Source of the DNA: Fonticula alba ATCC 38817
Lineage: Eukaryota; Protista; Nucleariida
NCBI GenBank assembly: GCA_000388065.2
Contig: KB932205.1
Length of the DNA: 7,009 nucleotides
Reading direction: 5' to 3' (one strand)
The notes under the pieces were generated by a model, which made no database searches, had not been told where the DNA came from, and saw only the letters and a list, made by a program, of their open reading frames with translations. Numbering within the stretch: the stretch's first letter is position 1; every line of letters begins with the position of its first letter. The position numbers were made by a program, and so were the translations under genes. Positions 1 to 6,602 of the stretch are shown here, piece after piece.

Positions 1-1
1 C

Positions 2-177
2 CCCACGGCCAGCGGCCCCCGGGCGGCGGTGTGCCCGCTTTCTTTGTTCCTTCGCCCCCCCCCCCCTCCCCCCCGACCGGGCGCCTTGCCAGCCAGGCGT
101 CCGCCGCCGGTGTCGCCATGGGCACCGGCGGGGCAATTTACCGACAAAGCCGGGCCAGCCCCCGGGCCTCGCCGTGA
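2..177 (+). CDS. Possible 3' end of an upstream gene, join(<2..28,97..177): PTASGPRAA/ASAAGVAMGTGGAIYRQSRASPRASP*
   Basis: GTGTGC donor at 29, strong pyrimidine tract at about 38-74, CAG acceptor at 96, mostly C/G-ending codons and TGA at 175-177. Short and without homology support. Confidence 0.22.
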   Translation, partial: HGQRPPGGGVPAFFVPSPPPPSPPTGRLASQASAAGVAMGTGGAIYRQSRASPRASP

Positions 178-246
178 CCGGACAAGGGGTCGCGGAGGGA
201 GGGTGTCACCCGTGCGTGCCGTCAGCCGATGTCCTCCCCGCCCCCC

Positions 247-274
247 GCCGCCCGCTGCCCGCTGCCCGCTGCCC
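247..274 (+). repeat. 7-bp tandem repeat GCCGCCC(GCTGCCC)3
   Basis: Read directly: three exact units at 254-274 plus one variant unit. Confidence 0.85.
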
Positions 275-491
275 GGGCCGGCTGGTACGCCTGCTCCGGG
301 ACCTGCCCGGTGGCGTTGCCTCGCCCTCCCCCCCATACTCAGGACGGAGCGTGGCCGAAGGCTGGCCTTCCTGGCCAGGAGAACAGGGGCCACGCTGGCG
401 GGGAGCCACGCGTGCCCTCGCTCGCTCCTCGCCCCCCAGGAAGGGGGCTGCTCTTTTCTCCACGGGGCGCTGGCCGCCTCCTCAAGCAGCC

Positions 492-511
492 GGGGGGGGA
501 GGGGGGGGGGG
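492..511 (+). repeat. G8-A-G11 tract
   Basis: Read directly. Confidence 0.9.
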
Positions 512-576
512 CTGGTGCGTACGGCGCTCGCCCAGCCCCTTGACAGATGGGGCTGGCCTTGGGGCCGCGAGGGAGG

Positions 577-578
<2 letters not shown>

Positions 579-642
<64 letters not shown>
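579..642 (+). repeat. G homopolymer, 64 nt
   Basis: Read directly; the assembled length may be inaccurate. Confidence 0.95.
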
Positions 643-643
<1 letters not shown>

Positions 644-888
644 AGCCAGTCCGCGCAAGCGCTGGCCGGAAAGGGGAGACCTCCTCGGCGGACGGTGAAA
701 CACCCTCCCGTGGAGCCGGGCATTCCTCGGTTGTTGGAGGGCGCCTCCCCCGAGCCTCCTGCGCCGGCTGACCCCGGCTCAGGTGAAAGGGGTGCCCCGC
801 CGGATTCCCCGCCCGCCCCTCCCCCTACGAGGGCGGTCTCCCGGGTGGTTCACCCCCCCCCCCGCTCCCATCCCCCTTCTCAGTGTAC

Positions 889-946
889 GTGAGCGCATGA
901 GGGGGCCTATGGGAGGCGTATGCATGCGTGGCTGACCGCCGCTCAG
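889..946 (+). other. Candidate intron (58 nt) of an unidentified + strand transcript
   Basis: GTGAGC donor, GCTGAC branch motif 931-936 and tandem CAGCAG acceptor 944-949. No convincing host CDS. Confidence 0.35.
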
Positions 947-1084
947 CAGCCGGCCGGGGGTCTGGGAAGCAGGAGGCGCCCCGGACTGAGGAGGAGGAGG
1001 GGCCCCGCGTACGCAGCTGACGGTGACGCTGCCCAGCGGACAGCAGGTTGCTCTTGACTGCTATCGCTCCATGGCCCCAGTGCG

Positions 1085-1129
1085 AGGGAGAAAGACAGAG
1101 AGAGAGAGAGAGAGCGAGAGAGAGCGAGA
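1085..1129 (+). repeat. Interrupted GA microsatellite, core (AG)9 at 1097-1114
   Basis: Read directly; nearly all purines on the + strand. Confidence 0.9.
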
Positions 1130-1424
1130 CACGGTGCCGGGTGAACATGGACGCAATCTCCCCGCCAGCCTCCGGGGGACGAAATCCCCCCTGCTCGGCC
1201 TGGGGTGTGACGCCCCCCGGCCCAGCGCATGTTGCGGCTTGGCAGGCCGGTCGGCCGGTCGGGGCCCGAAACGGTGCCCGGCGCCTGGCGTGGAGCCGGC
1301 GTCCCGGCCCGGCCGTGCTTCCCTCCAGACTCAGAGCCTGGATACCTCGCTCTTCTGGGAGGGGCGGGGGGGAACACGGGGCGGACCAGTGGACCGGCAG
1401 GCGCAGGACTCGCGCCTGGGCGGA

Positions 1425-1441
1425 GGGGGGGGGGGGGGGGG
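1425..1441 (+). repeat. G17 homopolymer
   Basis: Read directly. Confidence 0.9.
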
Positions 1442-1820
1442 CGGAGGCGGGCAAGCGCACATCCAGACGCACCGAGTTAAAAGCCGCTGGCCGCCGACCC
1501 GGCGCCTGGCGCGCAAGCGCATGCGGTCCTCGGCGACCCCGGGCGCCGGGGCCCGGCCGGCCGAGGAGTGGCCCTCCGCCTCCGAGACGCCGGGTAACGG
1601 CGGCCGCCGACCGGCGACAGCGATGTGTTCGGGGCCGGCCAGACTTGCCCCCGTCTCTGGCCGGGCCCCGGGACGACGCGGTGTGGCCGGGGCTCCGTCG
1701 CCGGCGCCCCCCGGCGGACAGGTGGCCGCGCTCCGGCAGCCGCGCACCCCCCCGCCCCCGCCCCCTCCCCCCGGGGAGAGGGCTCTTGATTCTCAGGGGG
1801 TAGGGGCTCAACCCGTGCTC

Positions 1821-1839
1821 GGGGGGGGGGGGGGGGGGG
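1821..1839 (+). repeat. G19 homopolymer
   Basis: Read directly. Confidence 0.9.
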
Positions 1840-2035
1840 AGGACAGCGGGCCCGGCAAGAGACGGGGGGCGGAGGGGGAGGGGGCGGGGACGATGGAGCC
1901 AGCGGGCCGCTTGCATGGCCCTCGCCCGTCCCGCGCCCCGCCGAAGGCCCGCCCAATGCACGCCCGGCGCCTCGATTGCCAATTGTTTTTGATCGACCCT
2001 GTCCGTCACTGGTCGCGGACATGACACAGACACGG

Positions 2036-2061
2036 ACACACACACACACACACATACACAC
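2036..2061 (+). repeat. CA microsatellite, (CA)9 at 2037-2054 then TACACAC
   Basis: Read directly. Confidence 0.92.
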
Positions 2062-2310
2062 CGGCGAAGTGTGCGGCGCCGGGAGGGGGACGCCCCGGGA
2101 GGGGGGCGGGGGGACTCAGACCGAGGGGGCACCGGAGCCACGGAAGCACCCCCGCCCCCGTCCTCGGCCGCGGCTCCTTCCTGGAGCGTCCCCCGAGCGG
2201 GGGGCGGCGGACAGCGTCCAGCGGGGCAAAGGAGCGTTGGCCGCCCTCCGGTGGCACACGGCGCTCGTCTCCGTGCCCTTGTCGCGCCCACCCCGCCCCG
2301 CCCCCTCCCC

Positions 2311-2332
2311 GCCGGCCGGCCGGCCGGCCGGC
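2311..2332. repeat. G(CCGG)5C, perfect 22-nt palindromic tetranucleotide repeat
   Basis: The sequence equals its own reverse complement. Confidence 0.9.
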
Positions 2333-2784
2333 AGGCCGCGGCATTTGCCTTGCCGTCGTTCCCGGAAGTAAGCAAGGTGCCGGGAAAAAACCGCCTACCC
2401 CCGCCCCCAGGGCCGCCACGGAGGGGCGCCCTCGATCTCCCTTGGCCAGTCACAGCCAGATCGCGCACGTAAGCCCCCCCCCCACCCCCCCGCGCTTCTT
2501 AGGGCCCGGGGTCGTTCGGCATTCGCCACTGTTATGTTATTGATGCAGTGCTACCCCCTCCCCCCCCCCCCGCCGGGCCAGTAGGGGGCACACATATCGT
2601 GCAATACAGGGCCGCGCGTGCCCCCCGGCCCCGGTTTCTCGGGCCGTGTGGCTGTGTTTGTCGGTCGAGCGTCGGCCTCGCCAGCTCGCCCGCCTCCCCC
2701 CCCCCTCCCGGCGCGCGGCCCCCTCCCTGATTGGTTGGGGTGCGAATTGCGGGCCCCAGGGCAAGCCGACTATCATCGCCGTTT

Positions 2785-2837
<53 letters not shown>
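2785..2837 (+). repeat. (CCG)17 trinucleotide repeat
   Basis: 17 uninterrupted units at 2785-2835 plus CC. Confidence 0.95.
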
Positions 2838-2838
<1 letters not shown>

Positions 2839-2984
2839 GGGGACGACGGATGGCCGGCGGGGTGCTGCCTCCCGGCCGGGCAGGGCGCCAGCATGCCAGG
2901 GGCGCGGGATCAGCCCCGCACTGCGTGGCCCCGCAGGAACGCACGCGCGCGGCCTCCTCCCCTCGCGGGGCCCGGTTTCCGCCT

Positions 2985-2986
<2 letters not shown>

Positions 2987-3048
<62 letters not shown>
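2987..3048 (+). repeat. C homopolymer, at least 62 nt, truncated by the gap
   Basis: Read directly; abuts the N run. Confidence 0.9.
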
Positions 3049-3670
3049 NNNNNNNNNNNNNNNNNNNNNNNNNNNNNNNNNNNNNNNNNNNNNNNNNNNN
3101 NNNNNNNNNNNNNNNNNNNNNNNNNNNNNNNNNNNNNNNNNNNNNNNNNNNNNNNNNNNNNNNNNNNNNNNNNNNNNNNNNNNNNNNNNNNNNNNNNNNN
3201 NNNNNNNNNNNNNNNNNNNNNNNNNNNNNNNNNNNNNNNNNNNNNNNNNNNNNNNNNNNNNNNNNNNNNNNNNNNNNNNNNNNNNNNNNNNNNNNNNNNN
3301 NNNNNNNNNNNNNNNNNNNNNNNNNNNNNNNNNNNNNNNNNNNNNNNNNNNNNNNNNNNNNNNNNNNNNNNNNNNNNNNNNNNNNNNNNNNNNNNNNNNN
3401 NNNNNNNNNNNNNNNNNNNNNNNNNNNNNNNNNNNNNNNNNNNNNNNNNNNNNNNNNNNNNNNNNNNNNNNNNNNNNNNNNNNNNNNNNNNNNNNNNNNN
3501 NNNNNNNNNNNNNNNNNNNNNNNNNNNNNNNNNNNNNNNNNNNNNNNNNNNNNNNNNNNNNNNNNNNNNNNNNNNNNNNNNNNNNNNNNNNNNNNNNNNN
3601 NNNNNNNNNNNNNNNNNNNNNNNNNNNNNNNNNNNNNNNNNNNNNNNNNNNNNNNNNNNNNNNNNNNNNN
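3049..3670. other. Assembly gap (622 N)
   Basis: Run of N flanked by poly-C on both sides. ORF-track entries spanning it are meaningless. Confidence 0.99.
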
Positions 3671-3760
3671 CCCCCTCCCCCCCCCCCCACCCACCCCACC
3701 CCATCCCACACCAGCAGGCAGCAAGCACCAAGCACCAACTGCCACATCGCCCGCCCGTAG

Positions 3761-4234
3761 ATGACCTCCGATCAGCCCACCCGCGCGGCCACGCTGCCCT
3801 CGCTGCGCCTGGTCATGCCCTCGACCCCGCCCCCCTCGGGGCAGCGGTATTCCTCGTCCGGCTGCTCGCCCACCATGGCACACCCCCCGTCGGACTTTTC
3901 CCCGGTCCGGAGCACAGCCCCCCCGTTGGCCCTCGGGCCTGGCGGTGCTCCCGGCCCATCCATGAGTCTGACCGACCTGACGGCCCCCTCCTCGGCTGGG
4001 GCCGGCTCCAGTCGCGGCGTCAACCTGCCACCCGGCCAGCCCGGCAGCACGTCGCCCCTGCCGGTGCCAACGTCGACCGTCTCCTCCGGGTCCTCCTCGC
4101 GCTTGTCGGGTCTTCTGTCCCGGCGCAAGCGCGCTTCCTCCCAGTCTGAGGGCAGCCCGGTCACCTCGTCCCTGCTGCCGGCCATTACGCATACCTCCTC
4201 GCCGGCCGAGCCGGCCGCCCCCGTTATCGCGTCG
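3761..4234 (+). CDS. Coding exon 1 (first visible), MTSDQPTRAA...PVIAS
   Basis: ATG at 3761 follows an in-frame TAG (3758-3760). The frame stays open to TCG|GTGCGC at 4234/4235. The true start is uncertain because that TAG could be a splice acceptor. Confidence 0.75.
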
Positions 4235-6563
4235 GTGCGCCCGGCTGTGCCCTACCGCCATTGATGCTCTCATTCCATTGCGCGCGCGCGCGCGCACACA
4301 CTTGCACCCCATATCCCCATGTGTGTGCCCTTCGCATGACCCGGTCGCCTCGCCCCGCTCACACGCTCTCGCCCTCGCCCCAGACCAAGGGCACCTCCAG
4401 CCGGGCTCGCTCGGGCAGCCTCTTCGGCGACTCGACCCCCGTGGCCCAGGCCGTATCGGCCGGGTATGCGGCCTCCGCCTCCACCGGGTCGCTCACTTCG
4501 CTGGCGGCCCCCTCCTCCTCCTCCTCCTCCTCCTCCTCCTCCTCCTCTTCCGCCTCCTCCTCGTCCGGCAAGCGAACCTTTTCCATTCGGCCACGCTCGC
4601 GCTCCACCACCGCGGCCTCCTCGCTGGGAGACGACCAGACCCCCATGCATCCGCCCCCGGCGGCGATGGCCATCGACCCGGCGCAGCAGGCCCTGGCCTC
4701 GCGCCTGGCCAGCCAGGCCCAGCGCCAGCAGGCCATCCGCCACCGGGCCAACCCGGGGCTCTATGGAACCGGGGGCGATTTGTCCGACGGCGAAAGCGAC
4801 TCCGGCGACTCCTGCTCCTCGTCGTCCTCCTGCTACATGGCCGGCCCCGGGGCCGGCAGCGCCCCGGGCAGTGTTTCCTCCAGCAGCGGCTCACAGCTTC
4901 TTCACATGCAGCTGCCCTTCCACTCGGGGACCATGCGGTCCTTCACCGGCAGCCCTGGCAATGGCGCCGGATCTGGCAGCGGCCCCGGCGGCGACCTGGC
5001 CAGCGGCGATGTCGAGTCCGTGGGTGCCGAGATGGCCGGCGCCGCGGACGACGGTCAGACCCCCCCGCGCAGGGGGTCTCTCCTGGGCGCCGGCTCTCAC
5101 CATGTGCCGAGCCTCTGTGCCTGTCCGATTGGCGAGCAGTATGTGCCTCCGCGCCGTGGGCGATCCGGCAGCCTGGCCCCGGCGGGCACATCCCACTCGA
5201 CGGCCCCCGGCGGGGGCCACTACCCCGATGGCGGGAGCCCGCCCAGCCTGCTGTCCTCAACCGACAGCGATTCGCCCTTCTTCCAGGCTTGCGACTCGTT
5301 GCTGCTGACCAGCGAGTCCGGGGACCTGGGCCCGGGGCCGGGGGCCGGGGGCCAGCGCCGGGCATCGCACTCGGCCGCCCCCGCCACCGGCCCGGTGGCC
5401 GGGCTGCTGCTGGACGACATGCTCGGCTGGGATGCCCGCTTTGACGGGGGGGCCTCCTCGCCGGCCCGGGCGAGCACGACCGAGGACTCGTGGTCGCCCG
5501 GGGCCGGGCCCCGGCGCGGGTCCTTCACAGCCGGGGCCCGGCCTCTGCCGGCCACGCCGCACCTGTCGACCGGCGGCCGCTCCACCGGCGGCGGGTGTGG
5601 CCACCCCCACTGCCGGGCGCTGGTGCATCCGGCCACAGTGGAGTCGCACCGGTCCGCCTGCCGGGCTTTCCTGGCACACCGGGAGCAGTTTGTCCGGTGC
5701 ATGCAGATGGTCGGCCCGCTGTCGGACTCGACGCGTACCTTGCTGGACCCGGGCCCGACCTTCTCTTTCCGGGCCAAGTGTGCCTGCTTCGGTGGCCCGG
5801 GGCGGTTGGTTCCCCTGCGCGGGGCTCCGGGTGCCGGCATTCTCGGCACCTCGCCCAAGATGCCGGGGCTGATGGCCACTCTGCGCGGGGCCGGCTCCTC
5901 GCCGGCCGGCAGCACTGGCAGCAGCGCCGCCAGCAGTGCGGCCAATTCCCCGCACCTGAGCGTGCTGTCGGCCTCCCCGTCGGGGGGCATCTTCGGCGAT
6001 TCGCCGGTTCGCTCGACCACGCCGCCGGTGCCCCCTCCGAAGCCCGGCCGCGCCAGCCCCATCACCGGGACATCCTTTTCGGCCGCGGGATCGCCCATGC
6101 CCGCCCTGAAGCCCATGGTGTCCGTCGCTCCCCCGGCGGCGGGCCCCGGGGCCGGGGCTGCCACCCGCCTGCCTCCCCGGCCGGCGACGCTCGACTTGGC
6201 CGGTGGCCCGGGGTCTGGCTGCACCACGCCTCCGCCGGAAGTTGGTGGGCCCGGTCGCGGAGCCGGCATCGCTGAGGAGGACCTCATGTCGCCGGTGTCC
6301 CTGCCGCCGCTCAGCCTGCTGGCCCCTTCGGGGCTGGGGCCGGCTCGCGCCATGTCCTCCAGCGGCCCCGGCACGCCGACCCCCTCAGCCCCACCGGCCC
6401 GGCCCAACAGTGTCTCCAACACCCTCACCGGCTCCGGCTGCCCCTCGCAGTCGACGACCGCCAGCGATCCGCACTCGGTTCTGTCGGCTCTGGTGCGCGC
6501 TTTGGCCATTCGCCCCACATGCCAAGATCGCTCATACCTCGCTCTTTCTCGCGCGCCCCCCCC

Positions 6564-6602
<39 letters not shown>

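Noticed and set aside
825-2468. 547-aa minus-strand ORF and the overlapping 333-aa + ORF 1023..2024
   Set aside because: They read straight through GA, CA and poly-G repeats (SLSLAL, CVCVCV, poly-P/G), have no recognisable domain, and long stop-free frames are expected at this GC content.
2520-2546. AT-richer patch (TGTTATGTTATTGATG) as a possible polyadenylation signal
   Set aside because: It contains neither AATAAA nor TGTAA on either strand and has no confirmed gene to terminate.
1-3048. Possibility of a transposon, retroelement or CRISPR-like array in the repeat-rich left part
   Set aside because: No transposase, reverse transcriptase or integrase motifs, no terminal repeats with target-site duplication, and no repeat-spacer periodicity; only simple repeats.
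4261-4266. TGATG stop-start overlap between ORF 3761..4264 and ORF 4261..6840, resembling translational coupling or termination-reinitiation
   Set aside because: It lies inside a well-formed phase-0 intron (4235-4383) whose removal fuses both ORFs; ordinary splicing is the simpler explanation.
2537-4312. Six long ORFs spanning the N gap
   Set aside because: Their length is an artefact of N codons not being stops.
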